Source: a virus
Taxonomy: Duplodnaviria; Caudoviricetes
Virus record (IMG/VR): IMGVR_UViG_3300025784_000006
Location: 96,001-160,000 of that record
DNA: 64,000 bases
Direction: 5' to 3' (one strand)
Shown here: piece by piece, positions 54,696 through 63,134 of the stretch
Layout of the letters: each line of letters starts with the position of its first letter
Position numbering within the stretch: position 1 is the first letter of the stretch
Notes under the pieces: model-generated
What the model was told of the DNA's origin: nothing
Seen by the model: only the letters and a program-made list of their open reading frames with translations
The model's database searches: none
Made by a program: the position numbers and the translations under genes

Positions 54696-55289
54696 CTAGC
54701 CGTTGCCGCCGTCGCAGCCGCCGGTGATGCTGACGAACTGGACGAGGATCTGATCCCAGCGCGAGAACACGCTGTCGGCGAGCGCCTGGAGCGCGCTCTT
54801 GGTGGCCGGGTCGGTCACCGCCGCGATCAGCGTGTCGACGCGGACGCGGTCGTCGCGGATGCCGCAGTGGATCGCGGCGAGCGCGCGCGCCAGGTGGGTC
54901 AGGCGCTTGTCGTAGCAGGGCTCGCAGCCCGAGTCGTTGCCGGCCAGGGTCGCGATGTTGTTCGTGATGCCCTGCACCGAGCCCGAGAGCGCCTGCACCT
55001 CGTACTTGAGGGCGAACGCCGACTGGCCGCTGGCGATCGCCGCGACGCTGTCCTGGGTGCGGACGAGGTCGCACTTGTCCGCCTTGCGGGCAAGCTCGGC
55101 CTGGATGCCGGCGATCTGCGCCTGGACTGCGCAGAACTCGGCCTGGTTGGCCTTGTGCGACAGCGCGCCCTGGAGCGCGATGAGGTCTTCCTTGCTGGCC
55201 TTGCCGTGCACGGCGCAGCGGAGGTCGCGCAGCTCCATCATCTGGGCCTGCGCAGAGTCGATCTGGGTGCTGTACTGAAGGTCACTCAT
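54696..55289 (-). CDS. Coiled-coil hypothetical protein
   Basis: MSDLQYST...; KASKEDL/KANQAEF/KADKCDL repeats. Confidence 0.75.
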   Translation of the reverse strand: MSDLQYSTQIDSAQAQMMELRDLRCAVHGKASKEDLIALQGALSHKANQAEFCAVQAQIAGIQAELARKADKCDLVRTQDSVAAIASGQSAFALKYEVQALSGSVQGITNNIATLAGNDSGCEPCYDKRLTHLARALAAIHCGIRDDRVRVDTLIAAVTDPATKSALQALADSVFSRWDQILVQFVSITGGCDGGNG

Positions 55290-55384
55290 GGTAACGCCCT
55301 CGAGGAGAGTTCTTTTTCGGTTCGTGAGGCCGCCCGCACCAGCGCGGGTCATGAGGTAACCTTCGGGCAGGAGCCGGTCGGAAT

Positions 55385-55942
55385 CTACGGGTTGGACCGG
55401 TTAGGGATCGGTGCAGGATCTGCGAGGGACTCGGTTGAGGGCTTGGCGGGGGCGGAGGGAGAGGTGGGGCTGCCCGTCGGCACGTGCGTGGGCCAGTCGA
55501 CCTGGCGTGACCGGGCCAGGTCGGACAGCGCGCGGATGACGGTCTCTTGTTCTGTGGGGAGGTTGGCGTGTCCGGTTCGCTTCTCCGAGCTCTTCTGGAG
55601 GGCCTCGCGCAGGGCCTCCAGCGCGGTCTTCTGCCCCTCGGTGAGGGTGGCGCGCACCGAGTAGAGACGGTCCGCGCTGAACTTCTCCGGTCGACGAGGA
55701 GGGTTCCCCTTCGACTTTCGCGGGTCGGAGGGCCACGAGATCCGTTGCTTGCGGCACAGCAGCGCGATCGCGCGTATGACTACGTCCTGCTCCGTCGGGA
55801 CCAGGGCGTACCCACGCTCTACCTCTTCCTCACGCTGGATCCTCTCTCGAAGGTGATACATCACCTCCTTCTGAGGTGCAGTGAGCATCGCGCGCACCGC
55901 GAACGGTTTGACCGCCAGGTCGGCATGACGGCTGCTGCTCAT
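55385..55942 (-). CDS. Tandem-repeat, RHH-like DNA-binding protein
   Basis: Two ~58-aa repeats: VRAMLT...PTEQDVVIRAI...WP and VRATLT...PTEQETVIRAL...WP. Confidence 0.7.
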   Translation of the reverse strand: MSSSRHADLAVKPFAVRAMLTAPQKEVMYHLRERIQREEEVERGYALVPTEQDVVIRAIALLCRKQRISWPSDPRKSKGNPPRRPEKFSADRLYSVRATLTEGQKTALEALREALQKSSEKRTGHANLPTEQETVIRALSDLARSRQVDWPTHVPTGSPTSPSAPAKPSTESLADPAPIPNRSNP

Positions 55943-55972
55943 CGGGACTCCTCTCCTGAGAGGGTCCCGATG
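55940..55972. promoter_or_regulatory. Inverted repeat over the SD and start codon
   Basis: CATCGGGAC...GTCCCGATG with an inner CCTCT/AGAGG stem. Confidence 0.55.
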
Positions 55973-56029
55973 TATCACCCCGCTAGTGGGTCAGGACGCG
56001 CCGAAACCAGCCCGCCGCGCTCCTCACCC

Positions 56030-57016
56030 TCAAGGGATGGGTCGCGGCAGGATCGACACGGACCACGCGCGCAACGTCACCGGGTCGGCTACGAGCGCGT
56101 GCGGAACACCCTGCGTGAGGATGACGGCCCCGATCGGGTCGTCCGCGAGCGGGCTACCCCACGTCGGGAGCGGGTCCGCCTTCTGGGGGAGCAAGCCCCA
56201 CCCACCCTTGGCGGTCGGGGCCACCAGAACGCCGGACTGGAGCCCGAGCAGGCAAGACCCCTTGGCCGTCCATGTCCCGCGCTTGCCGCCACCGGCCCAC
56301 GCGAAGTTTGACCCCATCGATCCCGCGAGGTCCAGCGCCCCGTCACGGTTCACGTCGAGGAGGGCCAGCGGGGTGAAGTCCACCTGACTCGACACCACGT
56401 CCTTCTCTCCCCACGAGGACGAGAGGGTCTTCCACGTCTGCGGGTCGGCGTCGCTCGCGCACGCCACGTCCACCCCGTCCCCCACGCAGTCGCTGGCGGC
56501 CCACGCGATCTCCTTGAGGTCGTTCCCCTTGGGCGACCACCGGAAGGGGTGCGCCCCGAAGCCCCACAGCACGACCTCGTAGGCGGCGTCGCCGTCCGCG
56601 TCGATCCGCGCCGCGCGCACGCCGTCGCCCACAAGGGCCGCGATGCTGTAGGGGCCTGCCTGAAGCCAACCCTCGGACAGGACCACGAGGGCGTTCTTCA
56701 GGTTCCCCTCCACGTCGGCGCACGCGAGGACCCGGCCCCGCACCTTCCGCTCACTCGTTCCCGAGAGGATCGAGGAGGTTCCGTCGTCGCACACCACGAT
56801 GGTCTCCTCGTTCACGTCCCCGTCGAGGTCGCACCCGAGAACTTGCAGGGGGCGGCAGGGCAGGGACGGAGCGGTCTCGACGCGGAAGTACATGCTGTCC
56901 CCGACCGGGGCGGGGGCGGTGGTCTCGGGTTCGGCCTCGGTCGTGTCGGGGGCTCCACCGCGAGAGCAGGCCAGCAGGAACGAAACGAGCACGTACAGGA
57001 CGACCGAGCGAGTCAT
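56030..57016 (-). CDS. FG-GAP/VCBS-repeat lipoprotein
   Basis: Lipobox LLAC; DLDGDVNEE, DADGDAAYE, DVNRDGALDL. Confidence 0.8.
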   Translation of the reverse strand: MTRSVVLYVLVSFLLACSRGGAPDTTEAEPETTAPAPVGDSMYFRVETAPSLPCRPLQVLGCDLDGDVNEETIVVCDDGTSSILSGTSERKVRGRVLACADVEGNLKNALVVLSEGWLQAGPYSIAALVGDGVRAARIDADGDAAYEVVLWGFGAHPFRWSPKGNDLKEIAWAASDCVGDGVDVACASDADPQTWKTLSSSWGEKDVVSSQVDFTPLALLDVNRDGALDLAGSMGSNFAWAGGGKRGTWTAKGSCLLGLQSGVLVAPTAKGGWGLLPQKADPLPTWGSPLADDPIGAVILTQGVPHALVADPVTLRAWSVSILPRPIP

Positions 57017-57025
57017 AGCGTCACC

Positions 57026-57799
57026 TCATCGGGTTTCTAGCCACTCGCGGGCACGCTCCCTGACTCGGAGTACGAGGCGCTTGGTGTCGCCAGAGGACAG
57101 CCCCAGCTTGGAGGCTACCTCCTTCTCCGTGCATCCCTGAGCGAGAAGCTCAGCCGCGCGAGCTACTTCGTCCCCCTCCCCGTTCTTGAGGAAGTGGACC
57201 AGACCCTCTACGATCGAGGTGTCCAGCGCCGAAGGAGCTGAAGAAGCGACTTCCTCCTGCGGATTTCTCTCGTCGGTGGATAACACTTCGCGGTTCCAGC
57301 GATTCTGCTTGCGCCGGTTTTGGTAGAGCACCGTACGGGACACCAGGTGTACGTAGTGACTCATCGTGGACCGCTTCGGGTCGAAGCCGCCCGTGAGCCG
57401 GTTGCGCGACAGGATCGCCACGTAGAGATCTTGCAGCGAGTCCTCGGGGTCGACGGCACTCGTGCGCCCCTGCGCGAGCTGCGGGTGGAAGCCGTGGAAG
57501 AAGATCCGGCGCACGTCGAGGTGCTTGTCGACGAGGTTGATCCCCGGCGCGCGCGGCCGGGGAGGGGGTTCCCCGAGCAGCGCCCACGGGTCGTCGTCCC
57601 CCGTGAGGGACGGGTCCTCCAGCCGGAAGTAGCGGGACAACGTCCAGTTCCTCCCCCTGGGGTGCCCCGTAACGTGCGCGATGAGCGCGCGCCGGCTCGT
57701 GTATACGAACGGGCCCCCCGGAGCGTGGAGGAGGTACCTGTCCCCCTCGACGTCAACGCGGTAGCCCCCATCTCGTGCCCGACAGTAAAGGATCGCCAC
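57026..57799 (-). CDS. ECF-like sigma factor
   Basis: DPEDSLQDLYVAIL...FDPKRSTMSHYV; GCTEKEVASKLGLSSGDTKRLVLRVR. Confidence 0.8.
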   Translation of the reverse strand: MAILYCRARDGGYRVDVEGDRYLLHAPGGPFVYTSRRALIAHVTGHPRGRNWTLSRYFRLEDPSLTGDDDPWALLGEPPPRPRAPGINLVDKHLDVRRIFFHGFHPQLAQGRTSAVDPEDSLQDLYVAILSRNRLTGGFDPKRSTMSHYVHLVSRTVLYQNRRKQNRWNREVLSTDERNPQEEVASSAPSALDTSIVEGLVHFLKNGEGDEVARAAELLAQGCTEKEVASKLGLSSGDTKRLVLRVRERAREWLETR

Positions 57800-57875
57800 G
57801 ATACCTTCTTACCCGGAGACGACCTGATCCAGACCGTCTCAGCTCCTGCGGGTCGTCACCGAGTGGTCCTACCGC

Positions 57876-58904
57876 ATGGACTTGCAGACCGTGCTGGACT
57901 GGTACCGATCGGCGCTGAGCGCCGTGATGCCCGACATCGCCGAGTGGCGAGTCGAGCAGGGCGTGTACTGGCTCCCCTTCTCCTCGGGCGTCGGGTTGTG
58001 CGCCACGAGCGACGGGGAGCGCGTGCAGGTGGAGCTGTGCAGGGGGCTCTCGGGGGAGAGCCTGCTGGCCGTGTCCCACAAGCTGGGTTCCCCGTTCCCG
58101 GCCAAGGAGGCGACCCGTTGGGTCGCGGACTGCGCGAGCCGCCTGCTCCAGGAAGTCGGCGAGGTGCTCAAGGGGTTCGGGGTCGAGATCCCCATCGAGC
58201 TCGGCCCCCCGACGAGCCCCGCGATCCTCATCCCCTCCGAGGCGCGCCTGCTCAAGCACCCCGTCGACGCTTCAGGGTGGGAGGTACGTAAAGCCCCCTT
58301 GTTCTACGAGTCCGCGACGGAGCTCGTGCAGGACCACCGCGTGTTCCCGTGCGGGAGCGTCGTGGTCTTCCTGCATCGAGACCATGAGGCGGCCTTCAAC
58401 CTCACCGCCAACCTCATCGTGGGGAACCAGACGAGGAGCGTGCCGACCCGAAACCCCCTCTACTACGTCACCGAAGCGGACGCGCCGCGCCTGGTGGGTG
58501 CGATGCGTCGAGCCGGACTGCCCCAGGCAGCGATCGACACGATCCGCGTCCAGCCAGACCACGCGACCAGCGACCTTGGGATCTTCGCTCGGGACCCGCA
58601 GTTCGTGGTCGTGTCGCTGCGGGACACCGTCGGGACGAGCCGCTTCGACGCCCACCTGCGTGAGGTCATCGGGACCGAGGACGAGGAGCGCATCCCGCTG
58701 TACCATGTGCTGTTCGCCGAGGTTCCGGACCAGGTAGACCTCGCCATCAAGACCATTTGCCAGGTGGACACCACGCCCGTCATCTCCCACATGTTCTTCG
58801 TCGAGAAACCATACCGCTTTCGGTTGGTATGGTCGGACAGCAAGATCAAGCCCGACAAGCGCCCCCTGCGGGACACCATCCACCTGCCCCCCTTCGCCCT
58901 ATGA
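57876..58904 (+). CDS. Hypothetical protein
   Basis: 342 aa with typical codon usage. Confidence 0.75.
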   Translation: MDLQTVLDWYRSALSAVMPDIAEWRVEQGVYWLPFSSGVGLCATSDGERVQVELCRGLSGESLLAVSHKLGSPFPAKEATRWVADCASRLLQEVGEVLKGFGVEIPIELGPPTSPAILIPSEARLLKHPVDASGWEVRKAPLFYESATELVQDHRVFPCGSVVVFLHRDHEAAFNLTANLIVGNQTRSVPTRNPLYYVTEADAPRLVGAMRRAGLPQAAIDTIRVQPDHATSDLGIFARDPQFVVVSLRDTVGTSRFDAHLREVIGTEDEERIPLYHVLFAEVPDQVDLAIKTICQVDTTPVISHMFFVEKPYRFRLVWSDSKIKPDKRPLRDTIHLPPFAL

Positions 58905-59359
58905 GCCCCATGAGTCCCAAGGAGATCAAGGAGCAGATCGCGAGGGCCTTCCCCGGCACGGAGGTGCGCGTGCGGAAGAGTCGCCTTGGAGACCAGGTCG
59001 TGTACCGCGCCAGCTCCCCCTCGGGGCACATCGAGGTGGAGGTGGCGGTCGGAGGGCGCCGCGACTACGTCCAGGGGACCGTGGACCTACAGGGCGACAG
59101 GATCACCCTCAACATCCCGTCCACTGACCTCATCGCCCTGCGCGAGACCCTGCTCTCCTTCTGGGGAGACCTCGGGATCGCGCTCGGGATGCTCGACGAC
59201 GTCCTCGGACGCCAGGCGAATCGCCCGCCGCAGCTGACTCGCGAAGACCCGCATGGCAACCTCGTAGGCGTCAGCCCCCTCGCTCCGCTTGCGCAGGATG
59301 TAGGAGGGGTGGTAGCAGGCCACGATCGGCACCTCCCGCCCCCCGACCGTGACCCGTAG
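58901..59359 (+). CDS. Hypothetical protein
   Basis: ATGA coupled; 3' end overlaps the UDG gene. Confidence 0.6.
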   Translation: MSPMSPKEIKEQIARAFPGTEVRVRKSRLGDQVVYRASSPSGHIEVEVAVGGRRDYVQGTVDLQGDRITLNIPSTDLIALRETLLSFWGDLGIALGMLDDVLGRQANRPPQLTREDPHGNLVGVSPLAPLAQDVGGVVAGHDRHLPPPDRDP

Positions 59360-59866
59360 GTCCTCGCGGGGGATGAAGGCGGACACGGCCCCGTGCTCGC
59401 CCGTCAGGGCGGACAGGGCCGTGGAGCCCAGGGCCAGGATCGCCCTGAACCGTCCCGCCGCGAGCTCCGCCTCCAGGTGAGGTCGACAGCTCGCGACGAA
59501 CGGACGCTTGGGCTTCTCGTTGCCTGGTGGCCGACACTTCACCACGTTCGACACGTAGCAGCGGCTCCGCGCCCAGCCCAGGGCGACCAGCGTCCGGTTG
59601 AGCAGCAGGCCGGACGGACCCTGAAACGGCAGCCCCTCCGCGTCCTCCACCCCACCAGGAGCCTCCCCGAACACCCCAAGGGGCGCGTCCAGCGGGCCGT
59701 CAAACGGGACCGGAGCGCGGCAGCCTGACCGCAGGGAGCAGGCCGCGCAGGAGGTCACAGCCGCTCGGATCTGATCCGATACCTCCCCGAAGCTCGACTT
59801 ACCTGTAGAAGCTACAGAGGCTACAGAATCGAGGGTGAGGTCCATAGTTGATTGCTTATCTTGCAT
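59087..59866 (-). CDS. Family-4 (Fe-S) uracil-DNA glycosylase
   Basis: CAACSL, GEAPG..ED..G.PF.GPSG, NVVKCRPPGN, CRPHL, YHPSY. Confidence 0.92.
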   Translation of the reverse strand: MQDKQSTMDLTLDSVASVASTGKSSFGEVSDQIRAAVTSCAACSLRSGCRAPVPFDGPLDAPLGVFGEAPGGVEDAEGLPFQGPSGLLLNRTLVALGWARSRCYVSNVVKCRPPGNEKPKRPFVASCRPHLEAELAAGRFRAILALGSTALSALTGEHGAVSAFIPREDLRVTVGGREVPIVACYHPSYILRKRSEGADAYEVAMRVFASQLRRAIRLASEDVVEHPERDPEVSPEGEQGLAQGDEVSGRDVEGDPVAL

Positions 59867-59927
59867 AGGGGCAGGATAGATTACCCTGGTCGGGTCCCTA
59901 GAACCGACCGGCAAAGGGAGTGTGCTC

Positions 59928-62219
59928 ATGCGGGTTACAGTTTTGGCTCTGGCGATCTGGTTGTGCCTACCCCTCGCAGCCCGCGCTGCGCCGGCCGTCG
60001 AGGTTCGATTCCAGCCCGACCAGCACGTGTACGTCCTTCCCCACACCTGGCACCCGAGCTCGATGAGCCCCGCCGGGCTCGCCAAGCTGGGTGAAACCCT
60101 GGGGAAGATGTCCATACCGAGCTACGTCATCGTGGCGCGAGGGGAGGGGGTCGCGGCGGGGATCCCCGCCGTCCGAGCGCTCGACGACCTCATCGACACC
60201 TGGCTCCAGCAGGGGCTCCCCGACCGTCACTCCGTGATGCTGCTGCTGTGGTCGGACGACTGCTCCGTCTCCGTGCGGAGGCCCGAGCACTCGAGGTGCG
60301 ACTACGCGATCGGCGTCGGAGCGGCCGTGCGGGCGGCTGGTGTGACGCCGGCCAGCGCGGGCGCCGGCGACCTGTTCGAGCGTGCGACCTCCAAGCGTCC
60401 CGTCGACCCTGTCTACGGGATGCAGCAGGCGCTACGGGCGATCTCTGAGGCGGAGCAGGAGGCAACGGCGCGTGAGACGTTGGACCGTGCGCGCGCGGAG
60501 GCCGACCTCGACAGCGCGATCTCCCTGCTGAGGCTCCTCGCGCAGGACCCCGCAGCGAGTCGGGAGGAGCGCAACATGCTCGACGCGACGGCGGACCAGG
60601 CCGTCAGTGCACGCACCGCAGGATCCACTCGCCTGATGCGAGACGCTCAGAGCCTCGTGGAGTCGCAGGTTCGCCTGTGGGTCCGTCTCCAGGAGGAGCG
60701 ACGCCGCGTCCAGACGTTCCGATGGGCCGCAGCGTCCGCCCTCGGAGCGGCTCTTTTCCTGTTCCTCGTGTTTCTCTGGTACCGCGCTCGTCGCCGTCTG
60801 GGGACGATGAACGAGGCGATGGACCCGTCGGTTCGAGACTTCGACCACTACCAGACGCGGTTCAGCCGCGCGGCGGCGGCGGTCCGGGAGCTCAAGGAAC
60901 GGATCGAGAGGGTACGCAGCCAGCTCCCCTTGACCGCCACGAGCGCCCATGACCAGGTCGCGGAGGCGTGCAAGCAGGCCGACCAGGCCGATCGACACGT
61001 CAAGGCCGCGTCCGCCCACCTTCACACCTGCGCGCCCCTGGCAGGGCGTACCGCGAAGGTCGTAGCCCTCATCACGGGGTCCTGCCCCGGGTCAGACCTC
61101 GGTCGTAGGCTGCGCGCGACGTACCGCGTGGACATGGCTGAGTCGGTGAGCCTGCACGACGCTCACGTGTTTGGCTCGGCGACGCGCACGCGCTTCTTCA
61201 GCCTGGAGCACGCAGAGGCGGAGGTGTCGAGGCTGTATGACGAGGCAAACAAGTGTGTTGCCGACGTCGAGTCCGCTATCCACTCGGTCATGACCTGCAT
61301 CCAGGTCCACCGCTCTGGGCTTGAGTTCGAGGCTCTGTCGCGTCGAACCGAGACGATGCACGTACCCATGGTGTGGCTCTCGCAGCACCCCTTCCTCGCG
61401 GAGGGCCCGCAGTTCTTCCTGGAAGCGGAGACGCTGGCCTACAAGAACCCAGTCGCCGCGATGCACATGATCCGGGACTACGAGCGGCGACATGCTGCGT
61501 GCGCGGCCGTCATCGACCGGATCGCCAGGACCATCACGAGGGTCATCAACGTCCGCGTCGCGGACCTGACCCTGCCGGCCGACCTCACGATCGACCCTGC
61601 CGACAACCCTCGCAACACGCTTGTCCTCGCGCAGCACGCGGAGGAGGAGCTCCTTCGCCTCATCGAAGCCCCCATCGACGCGACTTCCGCGTCTCCCGTC
61701 GAGGTAAAGGCCAACGAGACGGTCGGTCTCTACGAGAAGGCGATCGCGCAGCACGGGGTGGTGCTCCACGCGACGCGTGACGCCCATAGTGTGTACGGAG
61801 AGGCGGAGCGACGCCTCACGGCCATCCTCTTGCGCCTTCCCAGCTCCACTCAGGGGAGCTCGCTTCGCGAGGTTCCCTCGAAGGATAGCCACCTGCTGCT
61901 CGCCTACCTGCGAGTGCAGGTCATCAAGCGCGACCTCGCCGCCGCGGGCGGTGCGCTCGTTCACAAGAACTGGGTCAGCGCGATGCGGGCCCTGGACCTC
62001 GTCATGTCAGAGATCGAGCGCGTGGAGGTCCTGCTCGACGAGGTTCGCCAAACTCCGGAGGACACGATCATGAGCGACCAGATCAACGAGAGCGAGAGCG
62101 AGGATGCGGACGCGAAGAAGGATGACGCGAAGTCATCAGGAGGTTCCGTCCCACCGCCCAAGGACAGTTCCTCTTCGGGCGGGAGCGTACCTCCGCCCCC
62201 GCCCCCGCCCCCGACCTAG
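59928..62219 (+). CDS. Membrane protein: signal peptide, TPM-like domain, TM, long helical cytoplasmic region
   Basis: Signal ...AARA; TM ALGAALFLFLVFLWY; coiled coils; Pro/Ser tail. Confidence 0.7.
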   Translation: MRVTVLALAIWLCLPLAARAAPAVEVRFQPDQHVYVLPHTWHPSSMSPAGLAKLGETLGKMSIPSYVIVARGEGVAAGIPAVRALDDLIDTWLQQGLPDRHSVMLLLWSDDCSVSVRRPEHSRCDYAIGVGAAVRAAGVTPASAGAGDLFERATSKRPVDPVYGMQQALRAISEAEQEATARETLDRARAEADLDSAISLLRLLAQDPAASREERNMLDATADQAVSARTAGSTRLMRDAQSLVESQVRLWVRLQEERRRVQTFRWAAASALGAALFLFLVFLWYRARRRLGTMNEAMDPSVRDFDHYQTRFSRAAAAVRELKERIERVRSQLPLTATSAHDQVAEACKQADQADRHVKAASAHLHTCAPLAGRTAKVVALITGSCPGSDLGRRLRATYRVDMAESVSLHDAHVFGSATRTRFFSLEHAEAEVSRLYDEANKCVADVESAIHSVMTCIQVHRSGLEFEALSRRTETMHVPMVWLSQHPFLAEGPQFFLEAETLAYKNPVAAMHMIRDYERRHAACAAVIDRIARTITRVINVRVADLTLPADLTIDPADNPRNTLVLAQHAEEELLRLIEAPIDATSASPVEVKANETVGLYEKAIAQHGVVLHATRDAHSVYGEAERRLTAILLRLPSSTQGSSLREVPSKDSHLLLAYLRVQVIKRDLAAAGGALVHKNWVSAMRALDLVMSEIERVEVLLDEVRQTPEDTIMSDQINESESEDADAKKDDAKSSGGSVPPPKDSSSSGGSVPPPPPPPPT

Positions 62220-62953
62220 TGCCCGCCAGCCTTCTGGGCCCCGTGCCCAGAGGACCAGTCCCTGATCATCTCCATCTTGCCCGGCTGTAGGGCGTTGATC
62301 CCCACGACGACAGACGCCAGGAGGACCAGGATCGCAAGGAACACCGCCATCGCGAGGATGGGGTGCTCCACGACCCACTTGAGTCCTTCCTGAACGCGAC
62401 TCAGGGGTCCCTCGCCGATCTTGGCCACGATGGCGTCCCGCTGCTTGTCCGCGTAGTGACGGAACTCATCGACCTTGCTCCCGAGCTCCCGGATGTCCTC
62501 GCGCAGGCCGGTGCGAAGCTCCGATATCTGACGACTCATGTTGGACACCTCAGCGGCCATATGCGTCTGGGCGGCCACACTGTCCTTGGTGAGGATGATG
62601 AGTTCCTGCACGTTGCCAGGAGGCCACTCGCCGCTCATCTCGCTGCTACGCGGTACCTGGCGGAAGTAGGACTCCAGCACCTCCGTCGTAGCCTCCTTCG
62701 TATGCAAGCAGGCCAGCGCGTCAGCCTCCTGTGGAACAACGTCTCCGACGAGGATGGCAGGGATACGCCATCCTGCGGCCCGCACCCAGTCGAGTACGCG
62801 AGCGGCTGGCGTCTCGGGTAGGTCCGTGACGAGGATGACGTCGTAGTTGGTACGCCGGAGCATCTGAAGGATCTCCGTGCGCGTCGTGGCAAAGTCCGTC
62901 TCAGTCAAGCGATGCCGAGGGACGATCGCGGGATTCGTAGATAAAATGCGCAC
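62216..62953 (-). CDS. Pseudo-receiver domain + coiled coil + C-terminal TM
   Basis: YDVILVTDLPE...IPAILVG; TM ILAMAVFLAILVLLASVVVGI; GGAGG SD. Confidence 0.65.
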   Translation of the reverse strand: MRILSTNPAIVPRHRLTETDFATTRTEILQMLRRTNYDVILVTDLPETPAARVLDWVRAAGWRIPAILVGDVVPQEADALACLHTKEATTEVLESYFRQVPRSSEMSGEWPPGNVQELIILTKDSVAAQTHMAAEVSNMSRQISELRTGLREDIRELGSKVDEFRHYADKQRDAIVAKIGEGPLSRVQEGLKWVVEHPILAMAVFLAILVLLASVVVGINALQPGKMEMIRDWSSGHGAQKAGGH

Positions 62954-62992
62954 GCTAGCCTCCGGTCTATGAGTGTTCTAACGCACCATGAA

Positions 62993-63028
62993 TCACAGGC
63001 CAACCAGTTGACCCTGGTTGGCCTGTGA
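62993..63028. promoter_or_regulatory. 15-bp-stem inverted repeat between divergent genes
   Basis: TCACAGGCCAACCAG-TTGACC-CTGGTTGGCCTGTGA. Confidence 0.6.
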
Positions 63029-63134
63029 AGGGTTCCTTCCGCTCTAAACCCCCGAAACTGGTGTCGAACCACAGCTCCACCTTTGGAGCTCCCTATCTCC
63101 CTGTGTAGACCTACAGGAAAACAGGAGAACCACC

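Noticed and set aside
424-62821. Many long antisense or alternate-frame ORFs (e.g. 424-1233, 40262-41662, 52425-54011)
   Set aside because: Typical high-GC shadows of motif-supported genes
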